Notes under the pieces: model-generated
The model's database searches: none
What the model was told of the DNA's origin: nothing
What the model saw: only the letters and a program-made list of their open reading frames with translations
Position numbers and translations under genes: made by a program
Assembly: GCA_051362555.1 (NCBI GenBank)
Contig: CM120641.1
Coordinates: forward strand, 18,166,001 to 18,230,000
Reading direction: 5' to 3'
From: Lingula anatina
Taxonomy: Eukaryota > Animalia > Brachiopoda
DNA: 64,000 bases
Part shown: positions 49,157 to 63,850 of the stretch, piece after piece
How positions within the stretch are numbered: the stretch's first letter is position 1
Layout: each line of letters starts with the position of its first letter

Positions 49157-52100
49157 ATGGCTGATTCAGAGGTACCCCAGACTCGCTCTCCTGAGCCTCT
49201 TACCATTACAGTTCTCCGAGCTAGAAATTTGGTAAGTCGTTTAATTTTTTTAATGTGATAGTTATTGAAATCTTATACAGATCAAAAGAATGATAGTATA
49301 TGTAATTTTTTTGTCAAATGTATTTTTATATGGCAAATTACATTTTTTAATGGTATGTTTACTTCAAGATTTAAGCATTTTACTTTCACACATTTTCACG
49401 TGATGTCATTACCAGTGTAGTACCTTCCTGAAGTGCTGTTCATTTTATTGAAAAAAATCATTAATTAAATTATTCAAATACAGAGAGGATTGAAAGGAGA
49501 AAACCTAAACTCCTTGGTACGGGTTGAATTTGGTGACAAAGCCCTGGGAGAGACACCCAAAGTGGAATGCACAGCAGAAGTGGCTGCAGAGTACAACTTC
49601 AGCACAACAATTACAGCAACGTTTGATGACCCCCTAAGTCTGGACGAGCTGTCTCATAAACCTATTCTTTGTAAGTATATATCTCTGATCACTTATGATT
49701 TCAATTTATTGAATTGATTTGCTGCTTCTCTTAATTTGGAAAATGAGTTTTTTTTGTTTTGATTAGCAGGACAGATTGATTGCAAAATGCCATGAGTATT
49801 TAAAAAGTAATAATCCAAGCTAGATATTATATATTTTCATCTCCGTAGCAAAATGAACTGGCCTATTACTTGAAACAGTTTGAAGACAAATGGCCAGTTG
49901 GGCTTTGTCTGACGTGAAATGCTTCACTCATGATTCTTTTGTATTATCAAATTGTTTTAAGGAAGTCCTAAAGTGTGCACTTGCTTCCCTCCCCCCCCCC
50001 CCCCCCCCCCCCATGCCAGGTTAGTTCACTTAATGTTCCATTTACATGTAGTAGCCCTTTCTGTGGCCAAATAAATGTTGGAGGTTGTATTTAATTTGTT
50101 AAAAAAGCAATTTTCAGCATGATTATCAGTATTCCATACTTGCAGTTAGTCTCCTTCGGTTAATGACCTTGTTACCTTCAACTGATACACATTATTTGAA
50201 ATTAGGATTTATACAAATTAAATTACTTCTAATGGAGATGCCAACATTTGCAAACAACTCCCAATGGTTTTATTATCTTATGTAAAGATTTTTTTATCTT
50301 TTAACTGTTTAAAATAACTAATTGAATTTTGATGTGTCAGTTTAGAAATAAATTCTGTGCAGTCCTTGAATTGAAACTATTTTTGGAGTAACATGTAGCA
50401 GCTCTAGAGCAGAGAGCTACTAAAATAAAATGCAGTGTCAAGTTTTTTTTTTGGTGAGAAACAATGTCATCAGAATCCAGAGAACCAGAATAACCAAAAG
50501 GCAACTGGTCAATCTACTGTAGCTGTGCATTATTCATGTACTACTTCCAGTATATAGACAACTTACTCGCATTTTGCTGCGTTCTCATCAGGACCAGAAA
50601 TAGCCAAGCGGATGTCACTAGATGGCCATAATGCTTATACACAGTTTTTAAATCAGAGAGAGTGCACAGGTTGTGTGTGGGGGCCACAAGGTTGGGGGAG
50701 GGGGCAAGGTATGGCAATCAGTCTTTTTGTAATCTGGTTATATTGATGTGACCATTTAATTTTGTGGTGTTTGGCTAGAATTTAGGGAACTTGAACACAA
50801 GTCATCTTCATGTACATGTAACATCCTTGTTTTTTAACTCAAAGCTAAGTAATCAGGCTAAATTTATAATGCATGATGCTGTGTGTTTGGGGAGACTATG
50901 CAATTAAGGTTTATGGGCCCCAGCCCCTGAGAGTTAGAATCCCTCCCAAACCCCCCCCCCCCGCGATTGTGTTCTATAAAAGTCCAGTGGTAAACATGGC
51001 CATGGTCTGATTATTGTGGTTTTGAGTAATTTAAGGGTGCTTCATTGCACTTAATGGACTTTTTCTAAAAAGGAAATAAGCACATTAATCAAATTAAAAA
51101 TGTGTTGGCTTCAGAGATGCAATTAGGTGTAACTATGATTTTGTCCCACTAATCTGCTGCTTTATCCACATCAAATTATCAGCCAGTTGGAAATCAGTGC
51201 TTTATATAATTAAGCATGCAACAGTATCCCCTGAGACTTGGCCCTGATTTTGGGACAAAACCATTAAATTGTTATTTCATGCTCTAATGGGATCAGAATA
51301 TATGTTAGTTCACATTTTGATGATGATTTTAAAGAAATGTATTACCTTGGGAATCATTTTTTTATGTGATAATGTAATTTATGATCAATTAGTAGAATTG
51401 GTATGCCCAGGAATGACATGGAGCTCACACATTCCAAGCATGATTGTTGTTTTTTCAATTAAAGTGACTAGGTGCAATAAGTACATAAAAGTTAATTGTT
51501 TCACCACAGTTTTCTAAGTAGAATATGATCAATCAATGTCCTTAAGGTTTACGGTAATCCACCTTGCTGAATCTATGCAGATTTGAATATTTAATGAAAG
51601 TAAATGCTGTTGTATAATACATACTTAGTAGTTAATGATAAATTTGAAGTAAAAATATACACATTTCTGCGATTAAAAAATTGTGATTTGTTCTGTAACA
51701 ATACTTCTACCTAGAGAGCTGAATAGTTCTTGAAACTGTCTTCCGCAATTAAAAAATTGTTATTTGTTCTGTAACAATACTTCTACCTAGAGAGCTGAAT
51801 AGTTCTTGAAACTGTTTTTTTATATTTCTTAATTCAGTTACGGTGGTTGAAGTTTTGCCCAAGGAGAAAAAGCAAAAGGAGGAAAAGACCATCAACTTAG
51901 GACAATGCACTGCAGATTTACTTCCATTGATAAGGGGTATGACTTAATTTTCCCAGAAATTCATGCATTAGCACTGTTTTTTATATAGTATTTTGCATAA
52001 TACTTTCCGTGGTTTCATTTCCACACACTTAAGATTAATAATCTCTGCAACTTAAAGCTGTGAATTGTGTCTACAGAAAATACGATAGAATTTGTTTTTC

Positions 52101-55100
52101 TTCATAAAGAATGAGTTTTATAAGTTTTTATAAAATTGCTGTAGTGCTTGCGTGAAAGCATGTTTTCATTGGGAAGAAAATGATATTGCGTGTGAGAGAG
52201 ATTCCATTGTCTACTGTTGATGGTTTGCATTTGACATCATTATGCATGTACTAATAGTCTTTTAGGTATAGATTCTGTTTGAATGGGAGCTACACACCTG
52301 CAAACTATCAGTTAATTCTCACAATAAAAAACACATCTTTTGTAAGTGTTTATGAAACCACTTGCTGTTTTCCCAATAACAGAGGTGTTTTCACGCATAC
52401 AAGTATCACTGTGTGACATTGCAATATGGTGCTGAAATCTAACACCCCGCCTCCCTTCCAATATTTGTGTATTATTCAAACTTCCTTTAATTTCAAAGAA
52501 TGATGATATTTGAAATTATGTTACATCAATTTAATTCCTTTTTTTTAGAATGCGTGATATAAATATATGCATATACCTTATAAATACAATTTATATCAAA
52601 TCCTATTCCAGGAGAACTGAAACATAAGTACACCCTCCCTGTGTATCCAGTACAGGCTTCTCCCATGGAAAACCTGCCTCCTGAACACCCACGGGTAGGT
52701 CTGGCCTTTATAGTACACAGCTATGTTTTTTATACACAAAGTTCACCATTTGGCTAAAACATTTCATTACTTGTAGATTAATAGATTTTAATTATTCACT
52801 AGTATTTTTTATTTACTTGAACCCAGCTCACTCGTCAGAAATTCTAGACCATTTGTATCAGGTATAATGAAAGAAATATTGTCTTGGGGAAATTTGTATT
52901 GTTTAAATGTTGTGAGTAATCACCATACTTAAGACTAGAAGTCAACTCTCATTTTGTCATCAGATAACAATAAGTTCCAGATTAATCTTATTGTTCTAAT
53001 GCCTGCTTACCCTAGAGAGGCTCGTTTTTCAAAATTTATGTTTGTGAGCAAGGTTTTTATTATTCAGAGTGGGACTGACATTGTAGACAAAACATTGAAC
53101 TAAGAGCCACTGCCAAGTCTGTTCAACAGCTTTTACTGCACCCAATATGCTTTGTCCACAGCATTATTTCAAGCACTTAACTATATGGTTGCAATCATGC
53201 TTTATTATCATCAAAAATTACCTAACCTGTTGCCTTTAATTTTATTATCACAATTTTAGATAACAATATATCATGATTTGTGCCTTGTAAATGATGCTCA
53301 TCATTATTGTTATTCATCTTCATTTAGCCTGAAATAGATGTTGTAATCTCCGTGGAGAACCCTCTCCTGACTGAGCAGCAATTGAGTGAGTGTAACCTGA
53401 TGCAGGTGACCATAGAGTCTCTGTATTCCCCTCCTGATGCTTGGCAGTTGACTGGACCCCAGTACATGTATCTAGCTGCTATGCCTATGCCCCTCACTGC
53501 TGAGGTAGGTCTATAGTCCTCACGACGGGGGTGGGAGTGGGGGGAGTTGACCATAAATTGGAACTGAGGGATTCTTCTACCAGAACCTTCCAACTAATAC
53601 AAAATGATGTTGAATTAGCAGTGTAAGTCACAGAGAGAGAATTGATGGATAGACAGGTATAAAAGAGATAAAGGACTTGTGGGAGAAAAAAATAAAATAA
53701 AAAGTGTGGTCTTGCATCCTGTCTTTCTGAATAAGGCTGATTTACTATTAAATTTCCAGCCAAAATGATGGATAAACTAAGTGTTTTTTAATCTTTTAAG
53801 TAGTTTATTCTGCTACCATCATATTAAAGAAAAGTGTTTCCATGATTACAGAAAGAACAACCAATAGTTTATGCCAGCGGCACCCTAAAACCAGGGGTTG
53901 AGAAAGAACCTCCAAATAAACAGAAAAAATGGTTTGTTGGTGGCAACGCTCAGGGTCAGGCGGCTTACATACCTGACAGGTGATCATTAAGTTTCCAGAG
54001 AGTAAAGTATGAAGTGGAATGAAAAAAAAAATTAATTAAAACAAGTATATCATTATTTTGAGTAAGTTTGTCAATTTCAAACTCAATTTTAAAAAAAGCA
54101 AATATGTTCATTAAATATAGAGATAGGTAATTTTTTGTAATTTCTTGGAATTAGACTTTTGATTCTAGATGATTGATCTTAATCCTCTGCATAAATCATT
54201 TTTTGACCAATTGCAATCAGTTAACAACAGTTTGTATACTCCTGTGTTAACTGTGAGATCCCAGCTTGGTGGCTCTCTGTTACGTTAACACTCTTGGACA
54301 AATGTTTATTTTTAGCTTTCTGTCTGAAGACCCAGTGGAAGAGGAAGATGGTGATTTCCGTGCAAAGACTGATCGCGATCATCGTGAAGTCTCTGAGCAT
54401 GACAAGAACAGGGTAACATGGAACACAGAGAAAAGATGTTACCTAGATGCTTCCGGTACAAAAAGGTAAGATACAAAACTCTCCTAATGCAGTGGACTGT
54501 CAAGTGATGTGTCACTGGGCCTGGGAACAAATAAAAAAAGATCAAAAACAATATATGGATGGAGTAAAATTTTTGCCCTTTCTTATTTTAAACCTATGTA
54601 ATTAAAGCAGTTATTTGTATTTGTACCATTTTGGTCATGAAAATTAGCAAGAGTAAAGGATATATGTTTAATTTGATTTTTTCTAACAGCTTGCAAGAGA
54701 AGATAGCCAAGACTCGTTATTGGCCATTGGAAGTGATGAGAATTCCACTGCCTGCTGGCGGGAAGGGCAAGAAGGTGGGTCAACCATTTTTATCTCTTTT
54801 TTTTTTTTTTTTTTGTAAAATAATTGGTACATTAATATATGCTTATGAGTGAAACTGGCAGCTATGTGCATGTGTATATTTTTATTTTAACAAACTAAAA
54901 ACTGATTTAGTAACATATATTGCTGTCTTATAATAATAAGGCATAGCACTAACATTTTATCTGTATTAATGGCATAATCTGTTTGGTTTTCATTTGTATT
55001 TATTAACTGAACTTACAACCTCTGCTTCACAATGGTTAAGTTACATTTTCAGATAATTTTTATTTCAAGTATACTGAAAAATTACAGACCATTCTATGCT

Positions 55101-58100
55101 GTGCAACCTTTGCGAAAAGTGCACATTTTCAAAAACTATCGAAGATTATTGTCTCACTTAAAACTTGTTTCAAAATCACATTAATTTTACTTAATTATAA
55201 TTTTTTTAATGGTAACTTGTATTTTTTTCTAAGTTCATTTACCCTTTATCACTGTTGTCCATTCACTCACAGTTATTTTTATTTTCCTCAGTTATCTGCA
55301 TATGGATTACGCACGGGGGTTGGTATTGTAATCTGTTCTTTCTGTTCTCTCTTATTCAATTATTGGAAAATATTACACCAAATTGTAACATATTTTCCAC
55401 TACAGGGAGCAATTTCTTCTATCCTTGCCCAGGTTATCACTTCTTTGCTCAGTTATTCCGTAAAATTCCTGATTAGGTTCTGACTTTGATATGATTGCAT
55501 GGAATTGCTTTTTCTTCCGATTACATCCCTCATAAAAACAGACCCTTATTTCCTCTTGGGCTTTCTGTATTCTTGGTAAATGCTTCTAATAACTTGATTC
55601 AATGAAACTTATTTTATGCTGTATCATTTGGGTATGAAATAGGAGCTTTTTTAAAAGGAAAATTACAGGGTTTTATAATTGGAAAATAATTTTTAAAAAG
55701 TGATTAGTTTAGGTGCAATACCCACTGTGTCCTACCCACTAATTATTATCAATTATTTTAAATTTTTCTTTTATTAGCAACAACATATTAATGGTTACTA
55801 ATAACTCATTGTCACTAACCAGATTGTTTTCCCCCTTGCTTTAGTCTGTGGTGATGACAAGACTTACGTCTTACAAACTTGTGGTCAGTATTTATTCTTT
55901 AAAATATTATGCACATCTCACTGGCATAACATTTATCACATTAAGAAAATCAGTGTTGATTCTGCATGATCACATTTAATTTTGTCTTGCAAATCGCAAT
56001 GTTTTTCTTTTCCCTTTGTCATAAGTGAAAGGTTTTTGTATTGTGCAAATGAAATAAGCTGTGAAAGGAAATGGCTATTCTCTTCTCTTTTTTAAGTTGT
56101 TATTCATGCACAGTCTGCACCAATAGTTATAGACATGTTTCTGATACACTGCCTTGCATGCTGCTATACTGGCTGCATTGTTCAATGTGCCTTGCTTCAA
56201 TCACCCATCCCACTACACAGGCTCATTAACTGGTACATGCTGTTGTTATGTGTGAAATACAACAACAACAAATTTAGATTTGGAGGTTTGCATGAACTAT
56301 GTATGTAAAGCACACCACATCTGCATGTTAGCATGCTTTGAAATGATACAAAGTGTGTATATCCTGTTTTTCATCCAATTTGTAAATTTAAGCTCATTTG
56401 CACTCAAACTGTGAACGATTTACTGTTTTCCCATGCATGCACAAAGAAGGTGTTATTTTCTGGAAAGATATTTATCCATCTGTATCAGCTGGTTGAATGT
56501 TTTATTACTTTTAAGTGTACAGATTGTGATGATATGAGACCTATTCAGTTAGAGCTGATTTCCAGAAGTTTTGGGTAAAATATACTGGTAACTTTCGACA
56601 CATTGGAAATGTGAAAAAAATACTGATCTTTCTTCACTATTTTATGGAAACATAATTATAATTAATTGCATATATCAGGAAATGTATATATACATTCCTG
56701 ATTCACGCCACAAGAAAGAAAAAAAAGTAATTAAGTAATATTAATTGAAGTTACGTTTTTGGAATATACAAGTATGTTACTGCAGTAAAGTTGTGACTTA
56801 ACAAAAGTCATTTTATATTGGCACCAAAAATAATACCTACCATTCCCATTGAATTATATTATTTGAATTCAAAACTAATGTACCTTAAAGGTATATTTTT
56901 TCTAATCTAACAGGAGGAAGAGGGCACTATTTCTTATCATGGCATAGTCTATGTCAACATGGCACCACTGCTTTATCCTGGAGGTAAGTTTTTTTTTTCA
57001 TTTTTCTTTTTTGAAATGAACAGGGTTTTTTTCTAGTCAACAGTAAAGAATTGCTGAATTTATTGGCTGTTGATTTCTTTCTTTGAGTGGAAATGTCTAA
57101 CGGATTAATCATTTGAAACAATGCATAATAATGCAGTGTGTTTGCAGGGTTGCTTATGTTATATTATTAAAATCCAGTCATATGATTTACTTTGTTGCTT
57201 ACCAAAGTAAAACGCCAGATAAACCCCAAACTGCAGTGAATATTGGTTAAAAAACTTTAAACTGATAACTATACACATGTTGTTGCAGTTGATCTGTCAC
57301 TGCTTTGAAGAAATGGGGTGGCAAAAATGTTTTATTTCTTGTGCTTCTGCTTGCAGTTCAGAATAAAGAAAGTACCTATCTATTTGTCTTTCTATCTATA
57401 GGAATTCCCCTTTGTAGAGACAGCAAGGGTGGCTGACTTGCAATTTTTCTAATTTTCCCTGTCAATTTTCAAGCTTCATCCAAATAAGTCAAACTGTGTG
57501 TGCATGTAGGACTATAATTCTGGCAGATAACAGATGATTGTCTCTTTTTATTTGTAAGACTGCTTGATATGTTATGTCTCTGTTGAAATAGTACAAGATA
57601 CAGACCCTATTAACCTATCTCCTATGACCCTTTTGATCCTATCCAGGGAACTTAGATACATGTCACTTCAAATCATGTCTTGAAACTTAAAGATTTGTAT
57701 GGTGGCTCAGAAATAAACAATGAACCATAGTTGCACTGTGCAAATGAATGATATACTGTGCTAATGAGTTATATATGTCATCCATTATTTTATTTTTCTA
57801 ATTCAAGTCCTTTTGCGCAGTTCAAGGAGAATGTCACTTTCCGTGGCCTAAAAATGAGTAAAATCATAAGTTTCTAGTCATGTGCAGTCATTTTATGTAC
57901 ATTTTGACCACTTAAGGGGTTAATGAGAGAAGTGGGAGCCATCAACCAGATATTGACGTCAGGAGTGATAGTGTCAATTATAGTGTGCTAAACAGCAGTG
58001 ACGTCTGCTATAATAAACACCATTACAATGGGCGAAGACCTACACTTGCACCAATGACATCAATACCCAAGTGCGTAGTGATAAATAATTTTTTATTATT

Positions 58101-58232
58101 ATTGAAACTCACATTGGCTACAATTCTGCCATGAGCAAAACCTTGTCAACAACACACTTATAACTAATATTTGTTGTGTAAATGGTGTGGATTGAATAGT
58201 ATACTGTGTTTAACACCATGACTGTTTTTTTA

Positions 58233-58316
<84 letters not shown>

Positions 58317-61300
58317 TTTCCGGAATAAAAGGTTCATTTTTTTGGCAAAACACTTAAGCTTCCCTCATCTCCAGATTTTCCAAGTACAGGTGTCAATTGA
58401 AAATTGATGAACAATTTAGATATTGAATGGACATAGTGACAGATTCCTATTGCTTTTCATTCACACTAATACCCATGGCATTAATAAAGCTGTTTCTGTA
58501 AATGAAATAAGCATTGTCACTTTTCATTTGCAGTTGACAGGTAGTTGATATAATATCACTTCAAAATGTTGTTAATGACTTCTCATGGAATGCTGATGTT
58601 TTTTTATTTTCTTTTTAATGCACAGAAGATTCATGGAACACACTTCTGTCTAAAGTAACTGATCCATGGCCATAAACCATATTTTTATCATGATCACATA
58701 AACTTTATGCCAAAGGCTGATGTTTTTACTATCTTGGTGATTCCACAATACACACCATTTTTAAGTCTCTGTGCATTAAAATGATTTCTGTTATTTTCAT
58801 TCAGTGAAGCGAATCCGAGGTGCATATAAAGTATATGCATACAGTGACAATGAAATGGCAGAAAAGGTAAACTGATGTTTAAATATATGTTAACATATTA
58901 AATAATAGCAAATGAAGAATAAATCAATTGAAGAGCAAAAAATTTACGAAAAAGTTTGCTGTCCTTCTGTGCATGGCAAAGTGTGAGATTTTGGATAAGT
59001 CGATCACTCAACAGGGTATTTTGATTTTTTTAAGAAATGAAAGTAGTGGTATGAATTGACTGACATTAGACAATTGATGTCCTTTCAGACAAAACGCAGA
59101 GGAGGTCTGGCAGAAGAAGCAGCCAAGATTGCAACTGGAATGTTAGCTAGAAATGCAACATCTCCTTTTCCCAAAAAGGGTGGAAAAGATGCTGATAAGA
59201 AAGAGCCAGTTAAAAAAGGGGTAAGATTTTTTAAAAATATTTTTTTGGTTGCTTTGGGCTTTTGGGGATTTCTTATTATAATTATTTATATGTTTTTGCA
59301 ACATTTCTGTTCTCTGTAGTATGCCTCTTTGATGACTAAGAGGTGTCTGATTATTGTGACATTTGCAAAAAAAGAAAGTTACCTTCTTTTGCGTAAATGT
59401 TTTTCATGTTAAAAGCAAGATTTCATTTCACATAAGTTCTGTAGAGAAGAACACCCTCTCTATTGCAAATACCACTAAACAGTATATACAGTAGATGTAT
59501 TGCACAAAAGACATTGAAAAAGTTTTGAATCACTTCTTGATTTATTTTGTTTTTCTGTAAATATCAAATCTAGAATGGCAACAGTTTTAGTTGTAATTCA
59601 GCATACAGATAGTTAAGTGCACCATCCTATTAGTGAATACATTTAGCAGCTTGTTTTGATTGTTTTGTGCACAGTCTTATTTTTCATTTTCGTTGCCATA
59701 ATTTTAGAAAAAAGACAAGGAAGATGAGGTTTGTATAGCGAGATATCAGAGTCATACAGGAAAACTATCTGTGTCCACAGTTTCATGTTTTGGTATAACT
59801 GTATAACTTCAACTGAGACCTTAGACCAATGTTGAAAAGGTTAAGATTTTCTTTCTGTGATTTTCTTGGTAAAAAGAGCAGTCTCTGAGCTAAGCTAGCT
59901 TCGTGATGCTACATCTATTAGCTTTGTTACTTGATATTGATGCCACGGATGTTATTCCTGTATGGCTCTGAATAAATGAATTGTTCATTGCTTTGATAGA
60001 TGTGCTGTGCTGGGAATAGGAATAATTACATACATTTTCTAATACCTATAAAATTACTTAAACTCATGAGCATGATTTATTTTTAAATTTTCTTTCATTT
60101 CTATAGGTATCTGATAATAACCTAAACAAAGTAATGAAATGAGTAGATTGTCATGATAAAAAAAATAGAAATTGCCCTGTAGATTTTTGACAATATCCAT
60201 CTTTTGCAGTGATCACATCACAGAAAGTCTTGTCTTGATTCTTTTTTTTTTATTATAACTATATGTAAATGAAAATTTCAACAGAATGAAGGAAACTTTT
60301 GATATAATTAAACATCCATTCTTGTTGTACTATCTATAAAGTTTAATTTAAAAGTCAAAAGGACCCAGATATTGATAACTCAAAAAGTAGAAAAGTACTC
60401 AGAGAGTGCTAAAAAGCACACAGACTTGTGCCAAGGCAGCTCACTTCCCACTATTATAACTTGATTATATTTAATAGATCACTGCCAAATTCTAATCCAT
60501 TCTGTTCGTCCATTTCTGAATTATCCTGAAAATTTTATCAAAATCTGCCCTTATGAGTTAGGCTGTTAACTAACATGCCAACAAAGGCAAAAACATAACC
60601 TTCTTGGTAGAGGTTATAAAATGTGCAATGATATTTTTATTAGAAGTAAAAATAAACTACCAAGGGTGAAAGTTACCTTTCTGTTCATCCAAGAAGGTGA
60701 TGCATTTCAGGCGATTGCCACTTTTTAAAGTGAAATTGATGCCATTTCATTGCCCTTTTCATCACTAGCTGGTGCCTGGAGCTGTCACACATTATCTATG
60801 ATCAGAATAGCTTTCAGTTATTCTGTGCTGTCATGCTATATCTCTGCATGGACAAGAGGTGATAGACAAACTTGAATACTCCATTATTCTACTTAGAATT
60901 GCTTGTCTTAATTTAGTGCAAACATTAATTCTGGCAGTATTAATATTAGTTGCGTTTCCACATTTGATGAGGATATACATGTTGGAGTTTATGAGTTGTG
61001 TAGGTGCAAATGATGAATTTGATATTAAATGTCTTATTATGAAAAATTGATAATATACATGTGTATATGGCAGAATTACTATTTACGCTTCTTTTGGTCC
61101 AGTTTTTGTAGATGAATCTTGACAGGAGCTTCATTGCCAATAGACAGTACTTAATTAAAATAGAAGACATCCTCCTGCAGTAGAAATACTAAATTAAAAG
61201 ATGACAATGGCCACCCTAGTTATATCAGAACTAACACAATTTCATAAATAAGCTTCTCTGGTTTGTTACTTCTATACTGTAAACCTGTTTGTAACATTAA

Positions 61301-63850
61301 AATATTTGTCACCAAATACTATATTTAGACCCTTGCCAGTTCTAAGCAGGGTTATTATCAACATATCTTACCATACAGGTAGATAATATTTTATATTTTA
61401 TGTATTTTTATTATTCTGTTTTTCTCAATTTTTTTATGGAATGTGACTTAAATTAGATAGAAATATACTTTGATTCATTGATATATCACACTGGCATTAA
61501 AGGCTAGTTGGTAAAATGTATTAAATTTTATATCAGTGTAAATAACTACATATTAACTTGGATGGCAGAAGTGGAGAGAGGGTGTGTGTCTTGATAGAGA
61601 TCTTTTGAATGAGAAGTTTACTACACTTCACCATAAGAAGTCCTTTTCACTTACCTTTTAATGTGGTCAAAGAAGCTGCCTTCAAAAATGCTCTCCCTTT
61701 CTCCTGGGAGTAACCCAGCAAAAGAGTGCTACTTGTCACCACCACCCATTTTCAAAGAAAATCCAGACAGAAGCATGTTTCCCACCCCACTCCTCTCCTT
61801 ATATTCGAGCATAAAGAAATTGTAATAAAAAAGAGATTGTTTATGAGGAATCCTTATTTTAAAAGAACTTCAACAAGATGTGTTGTTTTTCAAAACATCC
61901 CTACTCCCCATCCCCTCTCTTCCCCCCCCCCTCCAAAAAGAAATACAGAAAAAACTTCATGTTGTCCAAATCTATAAGAAATAAATTCAGAAGCAGGAGA
62001 CAACATATGTCAATTAATACACCCTTCTCCACCTCTCCATTCTTGATTAAAGTTGCATAAAGGACCAACTTGTGTCTGTATTGTGAATTCTGATGCAACC
62101 ATCTGACTTTGTTTTGCACTGGGATATCACAGGTGATTATTGCCTATTGGATTCACGTCACAATGTTATTGGTTGCTGTTTTCTAACCTGTTGCACAGTT
62201 TTGTCATTTTATCCCAAACAGCATATACGGTTTATGATGAGAACAATGGTTGTTACTGACAAATACATATGTCACTGCTTCACTACAGATATTTTAGCTA
62301 TCTGTTATTTTCTGAAGCATGGGCCTGTTGCTCCATAATTTTAAATTGATAAATAAACAGATTTGAAGTTGTTAGCCCCAATTATCTCTCTGGTTTGAAA
62401 ATGAAAGACAGGAATTTTTTTAAAAATTCAAATCTTTCTGTTGATAAAATACTGATGGCAAAAATTGTTTAATCCAAGCTGTTGTTTTATTAATTTTAAA
62501 GAAATAAAAGACAGTTTGTACTTTTTTTGGTTGGTTATCTTAAGGTTCAAATCAAATGTCAACAGGCAAAAAAGCATAAACCTTGCAAGTTGGCAATTTT
62601 GAATACTTTTATTTCTAGTGCGTGTTGTAAATGACGATTTACAAATGATTTTATCTTCAGAAATTCTGTAAGGATGAAAGGTTTTTTATTTCAATTTCCC
62701 TAGGGTGTAGCATCAGTGTAATTTCCATGTTTAATCATCAGGTTATCTTCAATTGAAATGCATTTGGTGTGAAACCACATGGCATATTCTGCACATTGTC
62801 TTTTTTTGTCTAAATTTGCATTGACAGTAAACAGATGGCCGAGAGCTGCCTGTTCTATTACCAGGATCTTTAGAGTCAATTCTTTTCATGTTTTCAATTT
62901 TTATTTTATATATTTCTGGAAATGAATGATTTTTTTTTTTTTTTTTTTTTTGAATATTGAAAAAATATCTCATGAATCTCTAAAATATTTTTTTAAAAAA
63001 GTAGTTCAGATGGAGCTTGTAATACGAAAGCACAGTCCTTTTTCATTTCAACATATATCGTTTACATATATTAAAACTAAAAATGAAACTGATAACAATC
63101 ACATCTCATACCATTTATTTCTTACACTTTTTTCTGTCTCCTACACTTTAAGGCGTCTGCCATGCTGAAGGCTGCGGACTCTACATCCCAGTTGGATGGA
63201 GAGGGGCCAGTCAATGTGGAGGGGCAGCAGTATGTTGACAGCAAGTCCTATGTAACATTGGAGATTGTGTTACACAGGGCTCTGGTGAGGAGGAGACAGC
63301 CCGAGGAGCTGGCCAAAAGGTAAAAACTGATGAGGTTATCCCAAATGCCTCTGTCAGATGAGAAATGGACAACCCACAGTTACCTGTCTATACCACACTG
63401 TTTTTGTAATAAAAATTGGAGCAAGCCTAATAGATAGTAATTTGCGGTATTAAAAGTGGCGATTTATGAAAGTTATAAAGAATATATACATGTACATAGG
63501 CTGTATGTTTGGGTAGAAAAGTAATACTCTGATGATTTAAGTTCTATGCCATTTCTCAAGTTGAGTTAACTAAGGAGGTAAAAAAGTCTACTTTTGCAGA
63601 AAAGGACCCCCTTTTGAAAATATAGATGGCTCCCATCCTAAAGTCATTTATCTTTCCATCTTTTAAAGGATCAAAATGAAGATTTTTTCTCCTGTTACAG
63701 TTCATTTACTCTTATAGCTTTTCTGAAAATTTCAAATTTTATGAAAATTAAAATATTTATAACGATTTAAACAATCTATTTTCTCCCAGGGTAGCAGAAT
63801 ATATTCCACCAAGGCCATTGTTTCCCAAGAGAACCAATGGCGCACAGCGG
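49157..63850 (+). CDS. CFAP70: Cilia- and flagella-associated protein 70 (TTC18), 3'-partial
   Basis: Exons 49157-49231, 49484-49670, 51838-51936, 52612-52694, 53328-53504, 53852-53979, 54316-54465, 54690-54774, 56914-56983, 58805-58866, 59089-59220, 63153-63319, 63790-63850, phases consistent (492 codons). Recognisable segments: C2-like [73 protein letters not shown]. Confidence 0.9.
51665..51815. repeat. 76-bp tandem duplication just upstream of a CFAP70 acceptor
   Basis: CTAGAGAGCTGAATAGTTCTTGAAACTGT at 51711 and 51787. Confidence 0.9.
55845..55883 (+). CDS. CFAP70: Candidate 39-nt cassette exon of CFAP70 ([13 protein letters not shown])
   Basis: Branch point CACTAAC ~55813, pyrimidine tract, TTTAG|...GTG|GTCAGT; phase 0-0, no stop. 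Confidence 0.5.
58236..58312. repeat. (TA)n microsatellite
   Basis: About 38 TA units. Confidence 0.95.
59708..59728 (+). CDS. CFAP70: Candidate 21-nt microexon of CFAP70 (KKDKEDE)
   Basis: ttttag|AAAAAAGACAAGGAAGATGAG|gtttgt; phase 0-0; continues the K/D/E-rich linker of the preceding exon. Confidence 0.65.
60107..60130 (+). CDS. CFAP70: Candidate 24-nt microexon of CFAP70 (VSDNNLNK)
   Basis: Long pyrimidine tract ..ttctatag|GTATCTGATAATAACCTAAACAAA|gtaatg; phase 0-0, no stop. Confidence 0.45.
60385..60620 (-). mobile_element. Short degraded HINE-like element
   Basis: Minus-strand 5' end TTATAACCTCTACCAAGAAGGTTATGTTTT (subTIR plus hairpin); other end GTAGAAAAGTACTCAGAGAGTGCT hairpin and TGCCAAGG subTIR remnant. 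Confidence 0.45.

Noticed and set aside
56221-56232. 12-nt CFAP70 microexon candidate (cag|GCTCATTAACTG|gtacat)
   Set aside because: Contains in-frame TAA; could only be a poison exon and support is weak.
57810-58100. Possible piggyBac-like end (AAGGGGTTAA) and TGACGTCA-containing inverted repeat
   Set aside because: Likely transposon debris, but partner termini could not be defined.
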